A DNA stretch of 64,000 nucleotides from Lytechinus pictus (taxonomy: Eukaryota): contig NC_087252.1 of NCBI RefSeq assembly GCF_037042905.1, positions 24,306,001-24,370,000 on the forward strand, read 5' to 3'. Every line of letters begins with the position of its first letter. The first letter of the stretch is position 1. The notes under the pieces were generated by a model. That model did not search any database, was not told where the DNA came from, and saw nothing but the letters and a program-made list of their open reading frames with translations. Positions 25,893 through 38,500 of this stretch are shown piece by piece. The position numbers and the translations under genes were made by a program.

Positions 25893-26689
25893 TGACGTGT
25901 AACATAGGGGCAAAAGGGAAGGGGGGGGGGTGTAGGGTGGAGAGGGGAGCGAGGTACATGTAGGTAGGGGAGAGAGAAGGGAAGGGGAGGGATGGGGGAG
26001 AGATGGATATCATACATGTAGAATAGCTGTCAACTCGAATGTAGTTGTTATGGAATTGTACCATTCAATAGCTCTCCTTTGTAATAATTTTTTACTTCAA
26101 TGGCAAAAAGAAGCTGCTGAAAACTGCTTATCTAATAAAATTAGAAAGTCAAAAGGGGCCTAAGCTTTCGATCCTAGCAGAATCTTTGTCGGAGGCAAAA
26201 TGACCAATGACCATTTTTTACTTCAACGTAAAAAAATAGTCCAAACCTCATCTAGGGCCTATTCAGATTGAGACTGCATTATCAGCAAGTGTCTTCACTG
26301 TATTAATCTTGTCACTATTGCTACCTCAGATTTCACATATGTTGGCCCACCCTCTACAGTATGTCTGGCGATTGTTCATTAATGATTAGTAGTGATCACT
26401 CTCCACCTTAAATCTTGTTTTGTCATCACTCACTGGTCTGAGTGGCTTCCTATGGGGGCTGGTGCCCTTCTATGCTAGAGCTCCTGTGAGTTCTGAGCCG
26501 ATACGGGCTTGCCCCTTGAATTGTCAGTGAACGGAGCAGCAGGTAGGAGGGCACCAGCCCCCACCAGGATCTACATGTAGCTAGGAATTCCGATGGGTGA
26601 TGCAAAACTGTTCTCTTTGAAATAATGTACTTGGTTGTATTTGTTAAGATCTCTTTTTTATTTGTTTATATTTGTTGTTGTTTGTATAT

Positions 26690-26775
26690 ATCCAAAGGAA
26701 CTGTTGCTGAGCTAGCGCCATGAGCGTATCTGGACGGTATGTGCGCTCAATAAGATACCACAATTATTATTATTT
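26690..26775 (+). mobile_element. LINE/SINE-type 3' tail
   Basis: AGCGCCATGAGC...GCGCTCAATAAGA...TTATTATTATT resembles L2-clade 3' ends. A similar tail lies at ~51035-51098. Confidence 0.4.
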
Positions 26776-29592
26776 TATCAGGAGGGGGGGGGGGACACCA
26801 CATCCCCATTATTTTCAAATTTTGTACAGCAACCTATGGGAGAGGGACATCTGGGGTCTCTTTCAAAAACTTGTTAGACGGTACAACAGTTTAATTAGAG
26901 CCTAGATGCTTCTGAAATCCTCAAAACTGATTGGCTGATACTATTAGTAAATTTGTTGTAGAAATTGTGCATTCGTTATTTAATATGACAATTCTAAAAT
27001 ATGAAACACACTCCTGGTCCCCCCTAGATGGATAAAAAAATATCAAGTTTAAGTTTTGAAATTTATTGATCAAAATCCACAATTATTGGATCATTCTCAA
27101 TTTTGACTGTAAACACTTTTATGAACAATTACATGTACATGTACAGTGAAACACAAAATTAAAATCAATTACAAAAACAAATTTAGAGAGAGAGAGAGAG
27201 AGAGATGTATTCATGTAGAATATATTGGGCCCTTTTTTTTTTACAGATATATTGTAATAGTTTTTTAAAGAAACGTGTTGTGAACCATTATGTGAACTAT
27301 ATCATGAGATCACTGCTTTATGCCTGTGAATATTGCACAATAATGAATGGAAATGTCACAATCTTTATAGGGACACCCCCATTTTCATTTTGAAATACAT
27401 GAGAGTTCTTTCATTTTGCTGTCACCCTGAAATTTTTTGTGACTAGTTTTAATAATGAATGAAATTCTAGTGTTCAAAGAGACACAATTAAAAGTGTGTA
27501 CATGTATGTACATGTATGTACATGTACTGTATAGTACAAATATTTGTAAAAATTCCCCTTTCTAATGCATATTCTGCCTTGCAGCCTGACCAGGGTAGCT
27601 TTTAATACAAAAGAGTAAAGAGGGGATGATATGCAGTGCTCAAAAATAGAATATTGCATACATGTTTTATAATTGATTTTTTTAATATGTGATTGTCTCT
27701 TTGAAACAATATTGTGATACTGTACAAGTAACAGTACTGTACATGTACATATTTTGTAGGCCTATGTTTTTTTTGTTTTGCAATCCAATAGAGCCTGTTG
27801 TAGTCTTATACTGCAGACGCTACATGTATAAATGTTGATTAGCTTCTCTGCATACATCATACAGCCACAATTCTACAACTGAGGGTCATGAAGATTTGGC
27901 ATTATTTATTCATAGCTAGTATTATTGGGTATTTTCATGACTGTGCACTCTGAGTGTTGTCTTTGAAAAGCAGAAATCAATAACTTTTAGTCTACATCAT
28001 TGAATGCCCCTATACATGTAAAGTCTCCTTTCATACAATTTCACAGAAACATGTAGAGGGGAGAGGAGGGGGGGGGGTTTAAAGGGAAGATTCGATGCTA
28101 CCATGATAAAATTAGTGGTCAGGACCTGAAATAGTTTAATTTGGCCTGTGGGGTACATGTACAGTAGTTTGTTGTGCAAACCCTTTTATACTCAAGGAAA
28201 GAGGTCTAAATATGTAGTCTACGGTCCCTGCCAATTGAATTGTGTACAGGAGGCCCTTCATTGCCCTGAAATTGTATCAACAGCAAGTTGTATTTGTGCT
28301 ATTCTTGTGTAAAGACCTACTTGTTGATCAAAGTTCCAAGCAGACTAGGGGTGGGGGCACTTTACACATGCACATCATGGTTTTGGACAATTTAGGGTCA
28401 ACGGGGGGGGGGGGGGGGGGGGGGGGGGGGAGGGGGGAGGGATGTGCCCCTCTTACCCCCGGATCTGCACCAGTATACAAAGAATCCTCTCACTTCATAA
28501 TAAACATGGGAAAGTCTTTTCTCAGATAGTAATCAGGTCTGAGTGCACAGACTATTCAAATTCAGCAGCAAAGGTCAGAATTGACAGGCAAATGTAATTT
28601 ATTCTCCCTTCCAGGTGTTATTCTATAATTTACCCCAACCCATATTTTTTTTTTTACTAAAGGCCAAGTGATGTACATGTAGGCCTACATGTGCATGTAC
28701 ATTGTGTCCTCATGAATACATGTACATGATAAATTGGATTCTGATTAAACTACATGTATATCTATAGTACTATAAAAATTGAAGTATTTTTTTCTTCAGA
28801 TCATGTACATGTAATATGATAACAAAAAAATGAGAATTTATTTTATTGTGATTCTTTTTGGCATACAGATACAGTACATTATGCTTGTGTCTGATAATTT
28901 GTAAGAATGCATAACTTTTAATATTTTACATCAATCTGTGTGCTTTTGATTTTTTGAGTACTGCACATGTTTTCTCACAATCAACTTGAGTTAAAGTGGA
29001 CTTTTGTCTTTAAATTCCATACATATAGTATGGTACCTAATATAATAGTAGTGGATCTCATCACACCCAAACTGGACTCTCTGTAAATACATGTACATGT
29101 AGGCATGCTATCACATTCTAACTTGTGTTTGAATAGGTTGAAAGCCCCCCCCCCCCTAAAAAAATGGACTGATGAAAAAAAAAAGTGGATGTTAGCAGTT
29201 ATTAGTTTACAAGTACAGTACATCCCAAGTGCACACTTCTGGACCATATTAAAAAACCTCAATAGGTCTAGTTAATGGGCCATACAGGTACAAAATGATT
29301 GCTTGACTTTAAAGATTTTTATGTGTACAGATACAGTATGTGCCTTGGTCATGATCAAGTTGCATTTGATTATTTTAATCGTGGCAACTCTTTGTGGAAT
29401 GTGCCGAAATCCGTAGGTTGGGGATCTCCTGGTCAGAGTTTGATTCCATAGTGTCCTGAGGCCTATGTCTTCTGAATCACTGTACAGTATGTTTCCGCCC
29501 TCAAACTAATTGTTAGATGTAGGGCATAGGGTGTTAAGAGTCAAGGTCTACTAAAAATTGTGAAGGCCAAGGTGACTGTCCAAAATACTCCA

Positions 29593-30150
29593 CAGGGAGT
29601 GGAAACTGTACATTGTTGTAGTACTTGCTTTTCAGTGTGAACATGCTTCTCTCCAGTACCATGTAGACTTAAAATGTACAGTGCCTTTGCAGAGTATTCT
29701 CCTTCTAGACACCCATAACCCTCTCCATCCACCATCCCCAGGGAGTGGAGGATGGACAATGTGAAACATTTGCTTTTCAGTGTGAACATGTTTTCCCACT
29801 TGACCCTGTAGACCTACAACACTATTGCACAGCCTTTTCATTCCAGACACTGTCCAACCCTCTCCATCAATCTTCCTCAGGGAGTGGAGAATGAAATTAA
29901 ATTAAAACATGCTTGCTTTTTTAGTGTGAACATGCTTCCCTCCTTGACCCTGTAGACCTACCTACAGTGCCATTGCAGAGCTTAACCCTCTCCATCAACC
30001 CTCCCCAGGGAGTGGTGAATGACCATTAGTTGTGTGCTTACTTTTTAGTGTGAACATGCTTCCCTCCTTGACCCTTTTAGACCTACCTACAGCACCCTTG
30101 CAGAGCCTTATCCTCCCAGACACCCTCCAACCCGCTACATCAATCATCAC
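29593..30150 (+). repeat. Diverged tandem repeat, ~4 units of 128-146 bp
   Basis: CAGGGAGTGG at 29593, 29739, 29878 and 30006. Each unit contains CTTTT(C/T)AGTGTGAACATG and TAGAC. Confidence 0.9.
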
Positions 30151-30699
30151 CCAAGAGCTGCGTTCAGCTCAAGAGCTCTGCAGGATTTGATGAAACGTCA
30201 TTTTACATGTAACCAATGATATATCACCAGAGCTTGTGAAAACTATAGTTACATGTACACTGTCATATATTTTGACCATTGCAGACCTCTTGAACTATTC
30301 ATTGCAATAATTTTCTGAAGTCAATAACAGGTATTAATCAAAATATTTCAAACATAGTCATAGACCATACAAGTACAACAGAAAGTACAATAAATGACCA
30401 AAGTATTAGAGAACAATGATATAAAAATAAACTTGTTACCTGTGGAAAGAAGAGCAATATAATGTTATTGTACTTTTTATAGGGTGGGATTTATTATATT
30501 GCTATTTTAGAGAAGTGGATAATTGAGAATTCACTGTCATTAACTTTTAGTCTGCTATTACGATATACTGTTGTAAAGTTGCTGCAGACAAATTAATGAA
30601 TATGCTCTGTTCTATGATAATAGGTTTGTACATACACCGCTCTCTGCATTTCACTTTGTACACCTCTGCCATATGGCTCTATTAAAGCCTGGCATGGAG

Positions 30700-31358
30700 A
30701 CTAGTGCAGTTGGGTGGTTACTCCAGCAGTAGGGCAGCAGCTCATAAACATGCGTGGGTGTCAATACTCAATGACTGCCAGGCTCCCAGGGTAAACCCAG
30801 TATGCAAATAGAGATGGTAATCACATGCAAATGACATGCAAATCAGTCAAGCGGCAAACCTGGTTAGTCCGCTCGAGCAAGCCCGTGTTGTTGACATCAG
30901 CAGGGCCCAGCCAATGGGGGCTAAGTAAGCTCAGGTCACTGCACGCCCCCTTATGGCAACCGTCCCCTGATTGGCCGGGTGGGTGATGATGTCATCAGAC
31001 TTGCCTGGGTCAATGAAAGCCCCGCCCATCCTTCACAAGCCTTCTACTCCGGATTACTATAGACTCCTGTGCATGAGTGAAGTCTGCAGCTCTTGCTCTG
31101 TCGCTCTCTCTACTCTAATGCAAAGCCTATGAAACGCCACAGCAAGGTCATAGGACTACTACTATTGTAAATGTTCGTTCTTGCCTGGCTGGACTACGGG
31201 GCCTTTAACTGCTCTGTAAAAGTAACTGCGCCAACTCGGCACACTGGCGTTGTGTTGTGGGAAAAAGAAAAAACACAGGAGATTTTTGCTTCAGTGATCA
31301 ATTGTTTGCCCTTATAAACTACTGCCACAGCAAGGATACCATTATGTCGCCAGTAAGC
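30700..31358 (+). promoter_or_regulatory. Candidate internal promoter and first exon
   Basis: ATGCAAAT x3 (30802, 30825, 30836), CCAAT 30911, ATTGG 30970, TGATGTCA 30987, GC box ~31019. A GC-rich leader ends ATGTCGCCA|GTAAGC (donor 31353), followed by an abrupt shift to AT-rich sequence. Confidence 0.6.
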
Positions 31359-32134
31359 TGACTTTCATTCTTTTGCTTTTGCTTCAAAGTTGTCAAACGA
31401 GCTTTGTATTTTATTGTTTGTTGTGCTAATTTTGATTAATTAATTGCCATTCATTATTGGTCTGCCATGATTTTATGTTCTTTTCATTACCCTTTAATTT
31501 GATTTCAAGTGAATTGAAATCCTATACTAGATAGCCCTATAGTCTATGCCTGGCTAGTCATACGGCATGTTGCATACCTCTTTTTATTTGATCGTTTATG
31601 AATAATATCAATTTTTAAAATTTTTTTTAATACAAGCATTAAATGGTCAGTCCTTTTATTACCATATAAATTTTCTCCTGTTGCTGAAACATATATATGT
31701 AAGACTAGTATGCCTAGATCTATTGAAACCTTGGCCCTGTCAATTGATTTCAAAGTGAAAATAGGTCATTTCCATCTGGGGTCATTGTCTACTAAATAAT
31801 ATCCTGTCAACTAGTTAATAGTGTAACAATGAATGGATTATGTATCTTTTGATCAAGTTTATTCCTTGAATATCACACCTAGCGATGTGTTAAAAATAGA
31901 TATTGAAAACAAGTGTTTTTGTTTATGTTATGTGCATTACAAAACCAATCCTTCAGTAGTGCTGATATGAAATTTCATCATCTGCATTTTCAATTTTTTT
32001 TTCCTCTCCCTTTTTTGTCATTTCCACCAGTCCAGATGTTTCTTTAAAAGTGTAAAAACTGTTAAATCCTGAACTACCTTCAATTTTATTTCATATTCAC
32101 ATTCTTTGGTAAATGATTTTATACACATTGTCAA

Positions 32135-32290
32135 AAAAATGAAAGAGAAACAGAGAGGGAGGAGGGGGGTTAGAAAATTTGATTGAAAGTATGTTATTTG
32201 AACCAAAATTGAAAAATGAAAGAGAAACAGAGAGGGAGGAGGGGGGTTAGAAAATTTGATTGAAAGTATGTTATTTGTACCAAAACTGAA
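32135..32290 (+). repeat. Near-perfect 77-bp tandem duplication
   Basis: AAAAATGAAAGAGAAACAGAGAGGGAGGAGG...TATGTTATTTG at 32135 and 32212. Confidence 0.9.
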
Positions 32291-32664
32291 TTCATTTAAA
32301 AAATCTTATTTTGATGCATCTGTAAAAAATAAAAATTAAGTAAAAAAAAAAAAGATTTACTAGTATACAAATCTTCATATTTCATTCAATTTCCCTACAT
32401 CTTTTGTTGTTATTTTAAATGAAATTGAAAACATTTATAGTTTATTCATCTGAAAGGTCTTGATCAAGATTTTCTTATTACAAAAATAAAAGAAAAACAA
32501 CCTAGAATTTGTTTGTACATGTACAGTGTATATATACATGTAAGTGCAAGATTAAAAAGAATGAAAAAAAAAAGGCATTGAATTAATATACCATCATAGT
32601 TCTTATTTCTCATTATTGGAAGGTGAGATGCTAATACATACATGTATGTACTCAACTTCCTCTT

Positions 32665-33269
32665 TTAAAGGTCAAGTCCACCCCAGAAAAATGTCGATTT
32701 GAATCAATAGAGAAAAATCCAACAAGAATAACATTGAAAATTTCATCAAAATCGGATGTAAAATAAGAAAGTTATGACATCTTAAAGTTTCGCTTATTTT
32801 TCACAAAACAGTTATGTGCACAACTCCGCAACACATAAATGAGAGTCGGTGATGTCCTCCACTCACTATTTCTTTTGTTTTTTATTGTTTGAATTATACA
32901 ATATTTCAATTTTTACATATTTCACAATAAGGACCAGTTTTACTGAACCATGAAGTGTTAGAACAATTGTAATTCCCCATGTTCGTGGAGGAAGAAAACT
33001 TATTTCACCTTCCAATGAGGAGAAAATTAAGATATTTCACATAATACTAGAATACAAAATAAATTGTGAGTGAGTGATGTCATCATTCCACTCATTTGCA
33101 CACCGACCAGGATGTGCATATAACTCTTTTGTGAAATATAGCAAAACTTTAAAATGTCATAACTTTCCTATTTTACATCTGATTTTGATGAAATCTTCAG
33201 TGTTATTCTTGTTGGATTTTTCTCTATTTGTTCAAATCAACTTTTTGTTGGGGTGGACTTGTCCTTTAA
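32665..33269 (-). mobile_element. TTAA-flanked MITE, family A copy 2 (inverted)
   Basis: TTAA-AGGTCAAGTCCACC...GGTGGACTTGTCCT-TTAA. Reverse complement of the 8728 copy. Confidence 0.85.
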
Positions 33270-34081
33270 AGTAGATGGTCAAAGAAGAATAGAAAAAGCG
33301 GCTTCATATTCCTCAAAGATTTGATCATTAAAACACAAGTGCTATTGTATTAAGTGAAAGATCAAAAGAAATTGAGTATGCCATTGACGTGATGGATATA
33401 GTATCATCAAAATATTAATCATAAACAATTTTATATTTCTTAGGATCAAAGACCTGCAATTATTTTTAAAAAGATTGTAATAACAAATTAACAAACTCTC
33501 CCACAAAATACAATTTATTGGACATTCCAAGAAATATAGACTCATTTACATTTAAATAGAAGCTTTGAAGCTATAAAAAGTAAAAGTATAACATCCAAAA
33601 AATAAACATTATCCCCACAAAGCATAAACTGTTTTAATGTTTGGTCATTCCAAAGTGAGAAAATATAAATCAAAGACATGGCCAAACTAAAATCACCATA
33701 TACCTTGTATTCATTTACAGATTGAAAAGGAAATGAGAAATATACATTTATGGAAACATATAAATCTTTCTGTCAAAAGCATGTCTGACATTTAGTTGAT
33801 ACCTTCTTTTTTTTTACATGCTCCCACTCCTTAACTCGTTAAGTTTATATTTCAGTGTGGAGAGTAATCCTTATGAAATATGTATGGATATATTTTATCT
33901 TTTGTACAGTTTAATAATCGCCATCTTGTGAGATTTGTTTTTTGTTGTTGTGATATTGCCTTTCAAGATATGGAGATATTTTAATGATGTGATTTGGTTT
34001 GTTTTGGACTGTTCCTTTTCCCCAAATTATAAATTTTTACAAATATGCAAGTAAATTTGAAACACAGCCTCTCATGTAAAC

Positions 34082-34690
34082 TTAAATGACAAGTCCACCC
34101 TAACGAAAAGTTGATTTGAACAAAAAGAAAAATCCAACAAGCATACAGTAGCACTGAACATTTCATCAAGATTGGATTTAATAAAATAAAAAGACAGTTA
34201 TGACATTTAAAGTTTTGCTTAATTTCACAAAACAGTTATATGCACATCCTGGTCGGTATGCAAATGAGAATGATGATGTCATCCACTCTATTTCTTTTTG
34301 TATTTCATTATATGAAATATTTTAATTTTCTCCTTATTGTCAAGTGAAAGAGCAATTAATTCCTCCCTGAACAAGTGGATTTAGCATTGTTTGATACTAT
34401 ATGGTACAGTCAAGTTGGTCCTTATTGTCAAATCTGTAAAAAATGAAATATTGTATTAAAAAAATTAAAAACATAAGAAATAGTGAGTGAGGGACATCAT
34501 CGACTGTCTCATTTGCATGTCACTGAGTTGTACATATCACTGTTTTGTAAAAAATAAGCGAAACTTTACAAAATATCATAACTTTCTTATTTTACATCCG
34601 ATTTTGATGAAATTTTCAGCATTGTACTACATGGATTTTTCTCCATTTATTCAAATCAACATTTTTCTGGGGAGGACCTGTCCCATGAAA
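34082..34690 (+). mobile_element. TTAA-flanked MITE, family A copy 3 (more diverged)
   Basis: Colinear with 8728-9332; ends partly decayed. Confidence 0.8.
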
Positions 34691-35823
34691 TAAAAAACAA
34701 TATTCACAGAATATCTATGCCAAATACATGAAGAACTTTTGGGAATTGGAAATACACCATTTCAGCTTATACTTTGATAGTATTTCCAGTATTTGATGTC
34801 GGCATATTTGTATTTCTTTTGTATTTATAATAAAATGAAATGAATCCAAAGGAAATGATAATTTTGATTTTTGTTCTTTTCTCAATTTCAACACTAGTAT
34901 TTCCTGACATTCAAAAAGTCATTTTATCATTGAAATAACATAGTAAATAACATGTTTAGATAAAACATTCTAAAAATGTGTTCTAGAAATATGGGATCAT
35001 TAATTATATACAAAGTCTATTGCCCAAGTAATTTTGATGAATATGGCATAGGTTTTCCAAAGTTGCAATTAAATCATATTGTGTCCCAAGATTCTATTAA
35101 AATGAATTGTTTTGCCCAACTCACCAAGAAACATAAAAAGAAATTGCATGAAGAAAAAAACAATTGAAAATAAAACAATATTATTAAAGCAAAGGAAAGT
35201 GGAAGGGGTAGGAAAAAATAAGGAGGGTTGCAAGTTATGAAAAATAGGCATTAGATAAAACAAAGACTTCAAGAAAGATTGTAGCTGTTCTTTTATATTG
35301 TGTTTATTCAGATAAATATTGGCTAAAAAGTCTGTTTTCAGCAAGGTCATGAACAAATTCAAACAAATAGAGAAGGAATATAGAATTAGAGTGAAGACCA
35401 AAAAAAAAGGCATATTGGTTTCCAGGTGATATGTTCCAATTATAAGGATAAAATAAGGTAATTAAACTTAAAGATAATCTTTTGTATAATTCAAAATACC
35501 ATTATCACATTTTGATGACTTTTAATCTACTTTCTGCTAGAGTTCTAGCTATTTAAAAAACAAAAAATATGAAAGAATCCCTTTTTCCATGCAAGCAATA
35601 AAAATGAAGAATATCGATCAGTATATTGAAGTATTTAGAATACTTTGAAATATTTCTTTACTATGAATTGCATTTTTTTTACATTCTATTCAAAATGGGA
35701 TATGGATATCTTTTTACCTGATAATTGCAAAAAAATGAAAAGAAAAGAGAGTTCTACTGAGGGAAGGCAGATGTTACAAGTTTTACAGTTTGTGAAAATT
35801 AATGGATGTTGTATAAAAAAGCT

Positions 35824-36426
35824 TTAAAGGGGAATCCAGCCTTGGCCATTAAATGTTGTGTTGGGAAGGAGAGAAATAAATTAAACAGAATGGTGAAAGT
35901 TTGAAAGAAATCGGACAAGCAATAAGAAAGTTATAGCTGCTTTGAAATTGAGATCACTAATACTATGTAGATTTCAAATTGGCAACTGGGTAAGTAAATT
36001 ATGACAAGGGGCAAGGACAACTTTCTCATAGGCCATGTACTTTATTATCAGGGATTTGTGGTTTTCTCCTAAGTACCCATTCCCCTGAGGCAGTAATCTA
36101 AATATAATCCTGGTAGTATATTGTTTTATGTCCTCATGAAAGAAAAATATAATTTGAAATAAAACTTTTGGGAAAAATGACATTTTAGCCATAATATGTA
36201 TTGGAGTACATGGAAGAGTAGTCCTTGCCTTACATCACTATGACATCCCATATGCAGCCAATTTTAAGTCTCCATGGGTACAGTGATTACCAATATTTAT
36301 AACTTTAAAAAATTCATAACTTTCTTGTTGTTTGTCCAATATTGTTCAAACTTTCACCTATCAACTTGTCTGATTTTTCTTTTTCTAACAAAAACAAGTT
36401 TTTATTTGGGTTGGATTCCCCTTTAA
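35824..36426. mobile_element. TTAA-flanked MITE, family B
   Basis: TTAA-AGGGGAATCCA...TGGATTCCCCT-TTAA. Subterminal AAGAAAGTTAT motif shared with family A. Confidence 0.8.
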
Positions 36427-38089
36427 TATACATGTATATATCCACTTTTAATGCCATTTGCCCTTCCCCCCCAAAACACATGATGACATACATGTATTCA
36501 CATTGATAAATTAAAGTATTCACATTATTTGTTTATTAGAACAACCACAATTGTTAGGGGTTGTAGATTTGAAAATAAGGAAAACAAAAGTAAAAATCAT
36601 AAATCAACGTTTTTTTCAATACAGGGTCATATACATGTACGTTGCAAGGACTTAATTACAATAGACAGAAATGTTTGAAGATCATAATATATTTGCTTGT
36701 AAAACGAACCATTTCTTATACAAGAATGTCCATATTTTAATTTCTTTTACACTATAAAATTAATCTACAATAAATGACAATTCAAAGAGATACATGTACC
36801 TTGTCCAAAGGACACTAAAATTGAATTTCTGTTTTACCAAAGTGCTGATTGTTATCAAAATGGATAGTGCTAGTTATTGAAAGGACAAGATTTTTTAAAA
36901 ATATATATTTTTGAAAAAATGTAGTGTTACTATATTGTGCCATTCTAAAGGTATATGTATCTATTCACATTTTAGTAGATTAATATATAGCTAGGTCCCA
37001 ACTGATGATCTATAAAATTGAAAAGAATATAAGTTGCATTTTCAAAATCATATAGCTATAAATAAAAGCACAAAATAAGTTTTGTTTTTGTGTTGCTTTG
37101 TCTGAGAGTTTTTTCTTTGAAAGGTTAAATACAATAATTTGATTATTTGTTAAAGCTCTTAATAGTTTTCATAGAATAGAAAGAGAGAGGATAAGTAATT
37201 GAAGAATTGTAAATAACAATTTGGAGGAGGTAGACACAACTCTTCAAGAAAATTGTATTTTTTTTACAATAAATGCCATTATTAAAAAAAAAAACATACA
37301 TTGCAGCACTCATAGCTATAAATGAAAGTTAGGAAATCAAATTTTTGAGAATAGAATGAGCCCCCCAAAAAACGATATCTCATTAGTGGGAATAAAATAT
37401 TTTGCTTTCTTCTGTGTTACTTCAAGTGCATGCTAATCTAAAGAATAGAATGAGCCTATCATCAAATGAACAATGTATGTACTAATGAGAAATGTGGATT
37501 TCTATTTAGTATTCTATTGTTACAGGGTATTCCAAAAAAAACCCCATAAAAACACACAAAAACAGAATTCTATTCAAAATTACATCTCTCTGTCTTTTAA
37601 CAAAACATTAATTGTTATTTCTGACAACAAGAAATATTTGTGTCAACCTCAACCCATCTTTGCCATCCCCCAAAGTATGATGAGTTTGGATGTCAGAGAG
37701 AGAGAGAGAAAAAAAAAGAAGGGGGGGGGGTAGAACATGATGCCAGCCGAAATTCACTTGTTTTTCAATCATTGAAACATAATGCACTAATTGATTGCGA
37801 AGACTGTCACTGCTTTGGCCAAAAACAATGCGCAGAACTTGCCAGTGCTTTTGGAGGTTTGCCCACTGTGCAATAGTAATACATTGGAACCTCTCCAGGC
37901 TTGCAAAAGATTGAAATGTTCTTCGCATAGCACATCGTCTTGTCTACACTACAGCAAGGCCCTTCCTCTGCGCCATCCCTGCTTTCTCTTTTGACATGAA
38001 TTATATTGTAAAGGGAACAAATATGAAAATGCAGGCGCGGAAAATCTTGTACGTCCTATTACAGCCCACAATGTATATATCTATATTAT

Positions 38090-38500
38090 ATATATACATA
38101 TACACTGCGTATGTGATGACACCAGGTGCGTAGACTTTGGCCCAGCCGCCTCGAACTTAGTGCGCCACGGTCCCAGTGTCAAGTGCATGTTGTAAAGTCA
38201 TCGCCGGCCTTGGAGGGAGGCTAACTGGGCATGTTTTGGGGCGAAACCACATAGAGGTCATGTGATGGGAGGCGGTCCTACTCGAAGGCTGACCGCTAAG
38301 TGCCTAATGGACACCCGGCTTAGTGAAGAAAATGAGGGATCGGGCTGGGGCGGAGGCTAGATCAGAGAGTGTCATCCAGAGTTCACATCCAAGTCTTCTT
38401 AATATGCAATGTGTTTTATTCATATCTGTATCCATTGCGGGTTCCGATGGGCACAATTTTTCCTTGTGCGTCATCGAGGAGCAGGCGAATTAATGTTTTT
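38090..38500 (+). promoter_or_regulatory. GC/CpG-rich promoter- or enhancer-like island
   Basis: GGGAGGCGG (~38268) and GGGGCGGAGG (~38347) GC boxes in non-repeat sequence. No clear downstream donor found. Confidence 0.4.

Noticed and set aside
29840..29880. CTGAGGA...GAAA on the minus strand within the tandem repeat
   Set aside because: Present in only one unit and stem II does not form.
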